Shown here: piece by piece, positions 1-8,336 of the stretch
Layout of the letters: each line of letters begins with the position of its first letter
Position numbering within the stretch: position 1 is the first letter of the stretch
From: an uncultured Candidatus Saccharibacteria bacterium
GTDB taxonomy: Bacteria > Patescibacteriota > Saccharimonadia > Saccharimonadales > Saccharimonadaceae
Direction of reading: 5' to 3'
NCBI GenBank assembly: GCA_963514175.1
Contig: CAUPTC010000001.1
Span: 1 to 35,294 of the forward strand
DNA length: 35,294 nt
Notes under the pieces: model-generated
Seen by the model: only the letters and a program-made list of their open reading frames with translations
Told to the model about the DNA's origin: nothing
Database searches by the model: none
Program-made: the position numbers and the translations under genes

Positions 1-1
1 C

Positions 2-37
2 CTCGTCGTTCAACCCCTTGATATAGTTACTTGTCAT
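2..37 (-). CDS. 5' end of a gene running off the window (MTSNYIKGLNDE...), product unknown
   Basis: Minus-strand ATG at 37, preceded by SD GGAGGAGG (50-43) and TATAAT (67-62); open to the window edge. Confidence 0.6.
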   Translation of the reverse strand, partial: MTSNYIKGLNDE

Positions 38-147
38 TATCCCCTCCTCCAGTGTGGTTATATTATAGCGCAGTCGCAAAGGCCTGGGGCTAACTGGCGG
101 AAACAAACATCCTTGAGAAACCCCTGACCTGTCGGAAAGAGGACGGA

Positions 148-624
148 CTATGCTGTATGCTCAAACTTATCCAAGAAGTCTCGCAAGCGATCCAGGATGA
201 TATACTCCTTCTTCATCGGTTCGCTTGATTCCAGTAGCTTTCGAGCTTTGTCAAATTCCAGCCATTCGACGCCATCGTGCTCAGCGTCATGCTTGCCGGT
301 GTTATCCAGTGGGATCATGGCGAAATAGTGAGTAGTCTTATTGAGGTGAACGCCGTCTTTCATGAAATCATCGGTGAAAGCACCCAGGTAACCCTTTATC
401 TCAGCTCGTGTACCCGATTCTTCCAGCACCTCTCGTCGAGCGTCGTCCTCCAGCGTCTCGTCGTGGTGTAAAGTGCCTTTCGGCAGATGATAGTGCCGTC
501 CATCCGGCCGATTGCGGTAGAGTACTACCACCTCTAGCTGCCCTTGCTGATGACGGTAGATTACCCCACCTGCCGAGATATGATAAGGCCAAGTCTCGGT
601 ATGACGATATTCTGCTGAGTGCAT
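148..624 (-). CDS. Nudix hydrolase
   Basis: Nudix box G-x5-E-x7-REUxEExG (GTLHHDETLEDDARREVLEESG), preceded by SAGGVI and LPKG. Confidence 0.93.
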   Translation of the reverse strand: MHSAEYRHTETWPYHISAGGVIYRHQQGQLEVVVLYRNRPDGRHYHLPKGTLHHDETLEDDARREVLEESGTRAEIKGYLGAFTDDFMKDGVHLNKTTHYFAMIPLDNTGKHDAEHDGVEWLEFDKARKLLESSEPMKKEYIILDRLRDFLDKFEHTA

Positions 625-765
625 TATGTTAACCTTCCTTCGTTTATTACTAGTCCAAAGCTTCTGCTTACTTCCTCTGACACTTCGTTTGGCGTCATAT
701 CAGATGTGTCTATTACTGTCGCATTAAGTACCATTATGGCGCCCAGCTTGTGCTTTACGTTTCAT
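624..765 (-). pseudogene. Probable gene remnant (internally deleted or frameshifted) upstream of the Nudix gene
   Basis: ORF 734..624 (MVLNATVIDTSDMTPNEVSEEVSRSFGLVINEGRLT*) ends in a TAATG overlap with the Nudix ATG. An out-of-frame ATG at 765 sits 6 nt behind a TGnTATGAT box. Confidence 0.4.
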
Positions 766-797
766 ACTACAATCATAACACCGCATATGTCCAGAGA

Positions 798-1793
798 TTA
801 GGCTTCATGACGCAGCGGCACTTCGGCTAGTACCTGTCTGATTTCGTCGGTAGAGGTGCAGGCGTAGAGGCGGGTTCGTAGATCGCTGGCTCCGGCGAAG
901 CCATTGACATATATCTTAAAGAAGTGCTTGAGCGAGTCGAAGTTTCGGACTAGCTCGGGTCGCTCGGCGGGCATGATCAGGCGATATTTATCGTATTGAT
1001 CTAAGTGATAGCGGAATAGATCAAATAGTTCGGACCGGCTGTGCGGTCTGCCGGAGCGGTCAAAGCAAAACGGATCAGCGAAAACGCCTCGCCCGATCAT
1101 GTAGCCATCTACGTCGGGGTACTGATGATAGAGCGTCGTGATCCGGGCATAGTCGGCGATATCGCCATTGATGACTAGCCTGGTCGGTGGTGATAGCCGG
1201 TCTCGCAAGTTGACCAGCTCGGAGATCAGCTCGTAGTGGGCCGGGACTTTGCTCATCTCCTTGCGGGTGCGCAGATGGACTGTTAGGCAGGCTAGCTTCT
1301 GACTAAGTAAAAAGGTAATCCAATCCCGGTACTCCGCTATCCTCGTTCGCCCCAGCCTGGTCTTAACTGATACCGGTAGTCCGCCCTCCTTAGTGGCGGC
1401 GATAATCTGCTGAGCCAGCTGACAATTACCGATCATACCTGAGCCGGCACCGATCTTAACTACATCTTTAGCGGGGCAACCCATATTAATGTCTATCCCG
1501 TCAAAGCCCTGCTCTCTGAGAGCGTGACTCATGGTGGCGAAGTGATCGGGCTCAGTTCCCCAGATCTGAGCCACGATGGGTGCTTCGCCGGCGTCGTGTG
1601 TCAGGCGACCGATGGTGGAGAAATTGCCTTGCTCGCTGCAGAAGCTGGCGGTATTAGTAAACTCGGTCGCGAAGACGTCGGGGCGAGCCGCCCGAGCGAC
1701 GACATGACGAAAGACGATGTCGGTCACATCTTCCATCGGAGCAAGCACGCTGAAGGGTGACGGCAACTTAGCCCAGAAGTTAGTCGTGTTCAA
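798..1793 (-). CDS. dus: tRNA-dihydrouridine synthase (Dus family)
   Basis: LAPMEDVTD, IDINMGCP (catalytic Cys), VSVKTRLG, VHLRT, INGDI and MIGRG motifs; 14-nt overlap with the helicase stop. Confidence 0.93.
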   Translation of the reverse strand: MNTTNFWAKLPSPFSVLAPMEDVTDIVFRHVVARAARPDVFATEFTNTASFCSEQGNFSTIGRLTHDAGEAPIVAQIWGTEPDHFATMSHALREQGFDGIDINMGCPAKDVVKIGAGSGMIGNCQLAQQIIAATKEGGLPVSVKTRLGRTRIAEYRDWITFLLSQKLACLTVHLRTRKEMSKVPAHYELISELVNLRDRLSPPTRLVINGDIADYARITTLYHQYPDVDGYMIGRGVFADPFCFDRSGRPHSRSELFDLFRYHLDQYDKYRLIMPAERPELVRNFDSLKHFFKIYVNGFAGASDLRTRLYACTSTDEIRQVLAEVPLRHEA

Positions 1794-4700
1794 TTAGCCA
1801 CCTTTCGAACTGTTTAGTACCGGTTAGCGACCGGGCGAACTTGCTAACATTCGGGAAGTCAAGGTTGACGATCCGTCTATAGACCGCTTGAACCAGCTTG
1901 GTGAATTCATCCATGTCGGCTAGCCGGCCGTAGTCAAATACCGGTGCGATCAATTGTCCGGTCTTAGGGTCCGGTACGACGAATTCGATTACCCCTTCGG
2001 TGACTTGCCAGTCGTGATACTGATTCGAACTTTCAAAGAGTAATTTGTAAAACATTAGCTGGTTGGCGTAGGCATGGATGCTATCTTTATTGATCGAGCT
2101 GAAGCTGGGGAAAGACTTGCCGGTCTTGTAATCGGTGATGATAGCTCGGCGTTTGTGGCTATCTAGTTCGACGGCGTCCAGCTTGCCGTTTAGCCTGACG
2201 CCGTCAGAGATGGTTGCCTCCAGTCTGAGCTCGGCTCGCTGGTTAGGGCGAAAACTCTCGGAGCGTTTTTCGTAGTAGGCGTCTATTATCGCCCGACCTT
2301 TGGCTAACCATTTCCGGGCAGTGGCTTCGTCTAAGCTGGTGGTACGGAAGCTAGTCTGAAAGACTTGATAGGTCTGTTCGATCGGTGGCATCTTGCCGGG
2401 GTGGTCTTCGCTACCGGCGTAGTTGTGCAGGCTCTGCATGACGGCATGGATGGCGGTGCCGAATAGCTGGTTGACGGTCTGAACTCCGGGCAGGCGCAGG
2501 AGCCGGTCGAGCAAGAACCGCTCCGGACCGCCATAAGTCAAGTCGGTAAAGGCGTTCAGGTCGCTGGCTGATAAGGAGTAGCTGCTCAGCCGGTCGGCCA
2601 GGAGCGACTTCCGGTCGAGATTATTGTCTAAGAGGAAGCTAAAAGCACTGGTGGCTAACTCCTTAGTCGCTTCAGGTGTATCAGGCTCATCTAGGCCGGT
2701 CGCCGGGATGTAGTCCAGGGCGTATTCCAGCTGATTCAGCTCCTTACTACCTTGGCCGGAGTGCGATGATAGATGAAGTTGGCGCATGGCTCTGGTGATG
2801 GCGACGAAGAACAGACGGCGCTTTTCGTCGTCGGTAGTACCGGCATTATCAAGGGGTAGATTAGGTGGCAGCTTGATCATGGCGTTTTTCTCTCTACACT
2901 TACTTCCCCACTCTTCGCTCTCGGCGTCTATCAGGTAGACGGTGTCGAATTCCAACCCTTTGGCTTTGTGGGCGGTCATTAGCTGGACACCTTCGGCAGT
3001 ACCGTAAGTGGTGACCGAGCTGAGGCTCTCGTTAAGCGCCTGATATCTGTCGGCAAATTTCAGCAGGTCGCTCAGAGTATTTTTGCGGTCAGGCCGGTAC
3101 TGTTCCAGAGCTTGACTCAAGGTGGTGTAGTCGCTGAGGAAGTTTAAGTAGGCTAGGCTGTCTTGATCCAGCTTATCTGCTCCGAAATAGTACCGGTAAA
3201 TCGGCGAGCGATATTTTTCCTCAGCCAAAGATACCGGGTCGTCCGGCCGGTCTACTCCTCTATCGTCTTCGTCGTTCGGCAGCCCGGTAATCCCCATCAG
3301 CTCGGCACACATTACCTCTAGGGGGCTATCTAATGAGCGTTGCGCCTGCTCTTTGAGCCAGCTAATTAGGTGGGGCTGGTGCTTAGCGATAGCCTTAAAC
3401 CAATTGCCCCACTGCGCCTCGGTGTCCAGGCTGATCTGGTAAAACTCCTCCCCGCTGATACCAAAAGCCGGGCTGGCAATAATATGCGGTAGATAAGCAT
3501 TAGCGTCGGTGATATTGTTGTGAGCGATGCAAACTACCGCTCGGGCTAAGTTAAGCAGCAGCTTAATCAGCTCGGAATCAAAGACATTTTGCTGGTGCTG
3601 GTAGGTAAAAGGAATATTGAGAGCGGTCAGAAAGTCGGTCAGCTGAACCAGGCTCTTGTGGCGACGAGCGATGACGGCGATCTGGGGCGGCTTCGCCCCC
3701 TGATCAATTGCTTGTTTGATCCTGCCGGCAACATGACTAAATTCGCCGGCTTGGCTGGTGGCAACCGTCCAATCAATCCGGCACTTGTAGTCGCTATGGT
3801 GAGCCACCAGCTGCTTAGGCGTGCCGTCGGCATTAGTTAGGCGCTCGGTGATATCGCCGGCTACCTGCTCTGCCAGCTCAATGATGGCGGTGCCGCTACG
3901 ATAATTAGTCTGCAGGTTGACCTGGCGCAGCTTGGGATAACGTCGAGTAAAGGTCTGAATATTGCCGATGTCTGCCCCCTGGAAGCGATAGATAGCCTGG
4001 TCGTCGTCGCCCACCACCATCAGATTGGGCTGATCATCATAGTCAGTCAGTAGATGAAGCAAGCGCATCTGCGCCTCATTGGTATCCTGAAATTCGTCGA
4101 CCATGACATACTGGTACTGCTCCTGCAGGGTGGCTTTTAGCCCGGGGTGTTCAGTGATCGCCTGAATCACCCTGAGGATCATATCGTTAAAGTCGTACAG
4201 CTGGCGCTCGTCCATTTTAGCTAAGTATTGACGATAGATGTCCAGGGCAAGTTTAAGCTTACGACAATGCTCGGTGATCTTTAGTGTCTTGGTGCCGTTG
4301 TCGCTATTGCCGACCCAGCGATTCTTGAAGGCGGTGATTGGCTTGGTGCTGTCGTCTTCACTAGCTGTAGTATAAGCCTCTGCTAAGTCATTAGTCATGA
4401 TCTGAGCTAGGGTCGGAGTAATGGCCTGGGCTAGTGATGGGGTCTGTGCGGCGAGCCGGCGTAGCTCGACCAGCAGGTCATCACACCTGGAAATGGTTTT
4501 CTTGCTGATGCCCTTAGTAAATACTTCGTTGATGGTAGGTTCTATATCGATACAGAAGTCCAGATCTTGATCAACCAGCTCTTCTAGCTGGTCAGGGTTC
4601 AGCCCCGAGTTCTTAAAGTCGCTGATGAGCTTCTGTATAGTCTTTAGGTAGATTGGCTGACCGCTAGGGTTGAGCGTGGCCAGAGGGTTGTCGTAGCTGA

Positions 4701-5100
4701 GCCCGGCCATGATTTCAGTCAGAATCTCGGCCTGGGTCAGCTGGTCGGCCGGCTGATAATTGGCGCCGCTGTAAAAATACTCACCGAAGCGCCCGATAAT
4801 CGCCGAGCCGAAGCTATGAAAAGTTTGGATCTCTACTTGGTAAGCCGTCGAGCCGATGATCTGAGCCAGGCGCTTCACCATATTAGCCGAGCCGGAGTCG
4901 GTGAAGGTCAAGCAGAGGATGTTTGACGGGTCGGCGTCGGTCTGATGTAGGATATTGGCTGCCCGCACGGCGAGAAGCTCAGTCTTGCCGGTGCCCGGTC
5001 CGGCCACCACCATCAAGGGGCCGCTGATGATATCGACAGCTTGCCGCTGCCGGGAATTTAACCCCTTAAGACGCCTATTAAACTCAGCTTCATGATCCAT
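1780..5100 (-). CDS. UvrD/PcrA-family SF1A DNA helicase with C-terminal PD-(D/E)XK (RecB-like) nuclease domain
   Basis: AGPGTGKT Walker A, VDEFQD Walker B, VGDDDQAIYRFQGA, NYRS, MTAHKAKGLEF, RRLFFVAITRA; C-terminal GKLDAV...ITDYKTG and QLMFY. Confidence 0.93.
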   Translation of the reverse strand: MDHEAEFNRRLKGLNSRQRQAVDIISGPLMVVAGPGTGKTELLAVRAANILHQTDADPSNILCLTFTDSGSANMVKRLAQIIGSTAYQVEIQTFHSFGSAIIGRFGEYFYSGANYQPADQLTQAEILTEIMAGLSYDNPLATLNPSGQPIYLKTIQKLISDFKNSGLNPDQLEELVDQDLDFCIDIEPTINEVFTKGISKKTISRCDDLLVELRRLAAQTPSLAQAITPTLAQIMTNDLAEAYTTASEDDSTKPITAFKNRWVGNSDNGTKTLKITEHCRKLKLALDIYRQYLAKMDERQLYDFNDMILRVIQAITEHPGLKATLQEQYQYVMVDEFQDTNEAQMRLLHLLTDYDDQPNLMVVGDDDQAIYRFQGADIGNIQTFTRRYPKLRQVNLQTNYRSGTAIIELAEQVAGDITERLTNADGTPKQLVAHHSDYKCRIDWTVATSQAGEFSHVAGRIKQAIDQGAKPPQIAVIARRHKSLVQLTDFLTALNIPFTYQHQQNVFDSELIKLLLNLARAVVCIAHNNITDANAYLPHIIASPAFGISGEEFYQISLDTEAQWGNWFKAIAKHQPHLISWLKEQAQRSLDSPLEVMCAELMGITGLPNDEDDRGVDRPDDPVSLAEEKYRSPIYRYYFGADKLDQDSLAYLNFLSDYTTLSQALEQYRPDRKNTLSDLLKFADRYQALNESLSSVTTYGTAEGVQLMTAHKAKGLEFDTVYLIDAESEEWGSKCREKNAMIKLPPNLPLDNAGTTDDEKRRLFFVAITRAMRQLHLSSHSGQGSKELNQLEYALDYIPATGLDEPDTPEATKELATSAFSFLLDNNLDRKSLLADRLSSYSLSASDLNAFTDLTYGGPERFLLDRLLRLPGVQTVNQLFGTAIHAVMQSLHNYAGSEDHPGKMPPIEQTYQVFQTSFRTTSLDEATARKWLAKGRAIIDAYYEKRSESFRPNQRAELRLEATISDGVRLNGKLDAVELDSHKRRAIITDYKTGKSFPSFSSINKDSIHAYANQLMFYKLLFESSNQYHDWQVTEGVIEFVVPDPKTGQLIAPVFDYGRLADMDEFTKLVQAVYRRIVNLDFPNVSKFARSLTGTKQFERWLIEHD

Positions 5101-5137
5101 GACTATATTCTACCCCATCCTGGGTGGTTTTATCAGG

Positions 5138-5659
5138 CTACATATGCAGGCGCTGATAGCCAAATCTAGCCAGCTCGGGAGCGATATCTTCATAACTCTT
5201 GCCGGCCAGCAAACCGCCGGCGATGAAGTCTTCTTGAGTAACATCTGCCAAGATAAAATCAGGCGGTGTAAACGACGCCTTGGCGTCAAGCGAATCAAAT
5301 TCGAAATCAATTAGCACTAGCCCGGCTAACTTACCGGTAAAAACGTCAAGCTCGGCTTTACTACCGTCAATCTGCATCTTATACCGATCCTTAGCAACCC
5401 TCTTTTGACTAGCTACGGCAAGTGCCTCGAATTCATCTTTGCTCAGGCTAATGGTCTGCTCTATCTGAGCCGAGGCGTCGCCATCCTTGATGGGCGTCTT
5501 CTTGGTTATCTCGCAATGGTCATCCTGCCGGCGTAAACGCAAATGAGCATGACCCGGGGTATCAGGAATGTAGATATCTAGCAGATGGCTGGGTGATACA
5601 CTGGCAACCTCTTTCGGTATTGATTTAACCAGATAAGTTAGCTCTAGTTCAGTTTCCAC
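5138..5659 (-). CDS. CYTH-domain (triphosphate tunnel metalloenzyme) protein
   Basis: N-terminal ELELTYLV, LRLRR, ITKK, KDRY, ELDVF, IDFEF; GTG start with SD GGAGGA. Confidence 0.78.
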   Translation of the reverse strand: METELELTYLVKSIPKEVASVSPSHLLDIYIPDTPGHAHLRLRRQDDHCEITKKTPIKDGDASAQIEQTISLSKDEFEALAVASQKRVAKDRYKMQIDGSKAELDVFTGKLAGLVLIDFEFDSLDAKASFTPPDFILADVTQEDFIAGGLLAGKSYEDIAPELARFGYQRLHM

Positions 5660-5871
5660 GTAATAGTCCTCCGTTATTTTGTTGAATGTAATTACATACT
5701 TTTCTAAATCCAGCGATATATTTATTAGCTTTGTCGCACAGCCCTACCTAATCTCCAAGCAAAACGAGCAGTGCTGTGCTTGTAGTATCATGAAAAACCA
5801 AACAGATAGTGCTACTCATAACCATAATAACACCATATGTCAGCGCTGGATATGTTAAAATTACGGTAGTT

Positions 5872-6360
5872 ATGAATGATCAGCTGTACGATGAAGTTAG
5901 CTTAGAGCGCCGCATCTATGAGGAGTTCAAGCTGGATACTAAGATTCAGTCGATCATCGTCCGACAGATACCGGCCGGTCGTAGTGCCGTGGCGACTGTC
6001 TTTCTGAGTGAAAAGCACCAGCTATACTGCTTTATTGATTCGCCGATGCGTCTGACTTTGCGAGACGCTCGTAAAATCGTTAGTCGGATGGGATTAAAAG
6101 CACTGAAGTACCTGCCGCCCCATGATGACGAAGCATATTTCGACACCGTCGCTAGAGACAAGTTCAACGCTATGTTTCCGGGTAGAATGGTGGTGACTAG
6201 CGAAGACCTCTTCTACTACAAGACGATGGCACCCTACTGCCCTGCTCTAGTACAAATAGGAGAGGTGACCTGTGGTGTGATCAAGCAATACGACCCTACG
6301 GCGGTGGGTAGCTGGCGGCCAAGCGTCAAATTTAGCTATCGGCGCTTGCAGACCAGCTAG
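5872..6360 (+). CDS. Hypothetical cytoplasmic protein (MNDQLYDEV...)
   Basis: Long, protein-like ORF. ATG 5872 preferred over GTG 5809 because TGnTAAAAT (5853-5861) lies 10 nt upstream. Its stop overlaps the convergent gene at CTAG. Confidence 0.75.
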   Translation: MNDQLYDEVSLERRIYEEFKLDTKIQSIIVRQIPAGRSAVATVFLSEKHQLYCFIDSPMRLTLRDARKIVSRMGLKALKYLPPHDDEAYFDTVARDKFNAMFPGRMVVTSEDLFYYKTMAPYCPALVQIGEVTCGVIKQYDPTAVGSWRPSVKFSYRRLQTS

Positions 6361-7070
6361 ACGCTCTTTTTGTTTGATTTACTGCCGGATTTTGGTGTAG
6401 TCTTAGTGCTTTTCTTAGTCCTGCCGATCTTCGGCTTAGCAGATTCCGTTCCTGTTTGGCCGGTCGGCTTGGCGTCGTGTTCTGCTTGGTTGGTAGTATC
6501 TGTTTGCGACTTAGGCTCTCCATCTTCGCCGTGGCCGGTTGAGATGCGACTGAGCCAACGCTCTGTATGGCGGTGCTTGGCGATGCGTAGTCCGACCATC
6601 CCGATAATGATGGGTACAATACCGGTTGCGGCAATGCTGCCGGAGGCAAAGATGGTTTGGCGAAGCGTCTTCTTGCCCGAGTTCTGGTGATCGGGCAGAT
6701 AAGCGTTATTGGCGGGGTGATTCGGGTCGTACTTGATCTTGACTAACTGTCCACTATGGAGGCGACATTTATCGGTGGTTGGTTCGCCGCGATAGCCCAG
6801 GATAGCGGTATACTCATCGCCTTTGATCCGAAAGTGATAATCTACCTGGCAAGCCTGATTGTTGCGACCACGTTCGTCGTCGCCGATACCGGTTATCTTA
6901 TTCACACTGATTACCCGGGCATTCGTCTCCTTGGTGCGTCTGGTCGAGGCTTGGTATTGCCAGATGGTGACGACGGACAGCAGTAAAGTAGCCAGCCCGA
7001 TCAAGATCAAGATCTGGCAAGCGGGACGAAACATTATCCCGATGAGGCGACGGCTGGTGCTGTGCGTCAC
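6357..7070 (-). CDS. DUF3592-like membrane protein (TM, beta-rich domain, TM, Lys-rich tail)
   Basis: Two hydrophobic helices flank VDYHFRIKGDEY...VKIKYDPNHPANN, the DUF3592 pattern. Confidence 0.7.
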   Translation of the reverse strand: MTHSTSRRLIGIMFRPACQILILIGLATLLLSVVTIWQYQASTRRTKETNARVISVNKITGIGDDERGRNNQACQVDYHFRIKGDEYTAILGYRGEPTTDKCRLHSGQLVKIKYDPNHPANNAYLPDHQNSGKKTLRQTIFASGSIAATGIVPIIIGMVGLRIAKHRHTERWLSRISTGHGEDGEPKSQTDTTNQAEHDAKPTGQTGTESAKPKIGRTKKSTKTTPKSGSKSNKKSV

Positions 7071-7073
7071 GGA

Positions 7074-7700
7074 CTAATCCCTCTCTGACTTCGCCTTCAA
7101 TTTGCGAGCGGCTCGCTGGTCTTCCTCCAGAGCATCCTCTTCAATCTCGAGAGCCCGATGGATAGCGACTAGCCCAACGAAGCCGATGCCCAGCGGCAAA
7201 GCACTAATGATGGCTGTGGCAACGGCGATGAAGAGTAGCCACTCTTCATCTTTTTGGTTGTCGCCATAGGAGTTATTAGCCGGGTTGAGCTTCTCGTAGC
7301 GAATGGTGGCTTGCTTTACCTGGCTGACTTCACGGTACTTGCCCAGCTGTGATTGCCCTGCTGTCTCGTCGGTAGTCTTGATGTAGCAGCCGGCGTAATT
7401 AATGGTCGGTTGCCAGCCGGTCTTGCTGCTATACTCTTTATCGCCAAGCTTGAAGTCGTACTTCACCCGACAGCTCTCATTGCCGTAGCGGTCAGTCGTA
7501 CGCCTCACCCCTCGGATGGTTGCCTTGGCGGTGGTAGTGCGCTTAGTGTAGGCGACGTAGTTGTCGGCGACGGTAAGAGCCTGGTATAGCCCAAAGACAC
7601 CGACGACCACTAGCGTGACGCAGATAATGCGGTAGATAGTTCGGGCGACGATGCTCGTGCGAACGTGTTGCTGTAGTTTCTTCTTTCTTCCCCTTGTCAT
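7074..7700 (-). CDS. DUF3592-like membrane protein, tandem paralog of 6357..7070
   Basis: TM, then CRVKYDFKLGDKEY...TIRYEKLNPANNS, then TM. Confidence 0.68.
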   Translation of the reverse strand: MTRGRKKKLQQHVRTSIVARTIYRIICVTLVVVGVFGLYQALTVADNYVAYTKRTTTAKATIRGVRRTTDRYGNESCRVKYDFKLGDKEYSSKTGWQPTINYAGCYIKTTDETAGQSQLGKYREVSQVKQATIRYEKLNPANNSYGDNQKDEEWLLFIAVATAIISALPLGIGFVGLVAIHRALEIEEDALEEDQRAARKLKAKSERD

Positions 7701-7742
7701 AATAGTCTGATTCTACCACGCCGGGCTATTTATAGCTATCGC

Positions 7743-8285
7743 TCATAAGTTTTCAAACTTCAGCTCGGCGATCTTTTTGATATCCATGCCTATTTTTCTA
7801 TATAGCTCTGCGGTATTCTCTGCCACCAGAGTTTGCTCGGAGTAGCCAAGGCGAGAGGCGGTTGCTATCACCTCGGCCGAGTTGGTCGCTTCTATCTCGA
7901 CGTATGGTTCCAGCTTTGGCCAGCTGTCAATAGCGACCTGGACGCCGTCTAACTGATATTCTTCACGCTTGTTCTCTTGATAGCCCCGTGGCTTTATACC
8001 GATCTTCTCTAATATTTTGAGAGTAGTGGCGAGATCTGACACTGTAACTTCCCATTCATTAGTGCCATCTATGGTATTACTATTTATCTTTTTGACTGTT
8101 AACGTGGTGGACTTGCCATCTGATCGGAGGCGCACCCAACGGTCCGGCGATGCCGGTATGGTGTCAAAGACGTAACGTCGAAAGTGATAATCACCAACCT
8201 TGGTTGCACCGATTTTCTTGAGCCTGCGCCGAATCATCACCGGATTAATATTTGTAATCTTTGCCTCGTGCTCTATATCTGGCAT
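7743..8285 (-). CDS. CYTH-domain protein (class IV adenylate cyclase-like)
   Basis: IEHEAK (ExExK), WVRLR, LTVK, YQENKREEY, IDSWP, YVEIE. Confidence 0.85.
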   Translation of the reverse strand: MPDIEHEAKITNINPVMIRRRLKKIGATKVGDYHFRRYVFDTIPASPDRWVRLRSDGKSTTLTVKKINSNTIDGTNEWEVTVSDLATTLKILEKIGIKPRGYQENKREEYQLDGVQVAIDSWPKLEPYVEIEATNSAEVIATASRLGYSEQTLVAENTAELYRKIGMDIKKIAELKFENL

Positions 8286-8336
8286 GTGTCTATTATCTCA
8301 CAAATGCGGTCGTCGGCTTCGCTTGGTGATTCCCCC

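Noticed and set aside
1780..5100. Helicase-nuclease fusion as a novel defence or Cas4-like system
   Set aside because: UvrD plus a RecB-type nuclease is a known repair architecture (AddA/AdnB-like); there are no Cas4 Fe-S cysteines and the context is housekeeping (dus)
5649..5819. Minus-strand 57-codon frame with one internal TAG upstream of the first CYTH gene (pseudogene or readthrough)
   Set aside because: No recognisable protein similarity; TAG is clearly a stop in this genome; could be chance in an AT-rich spacer
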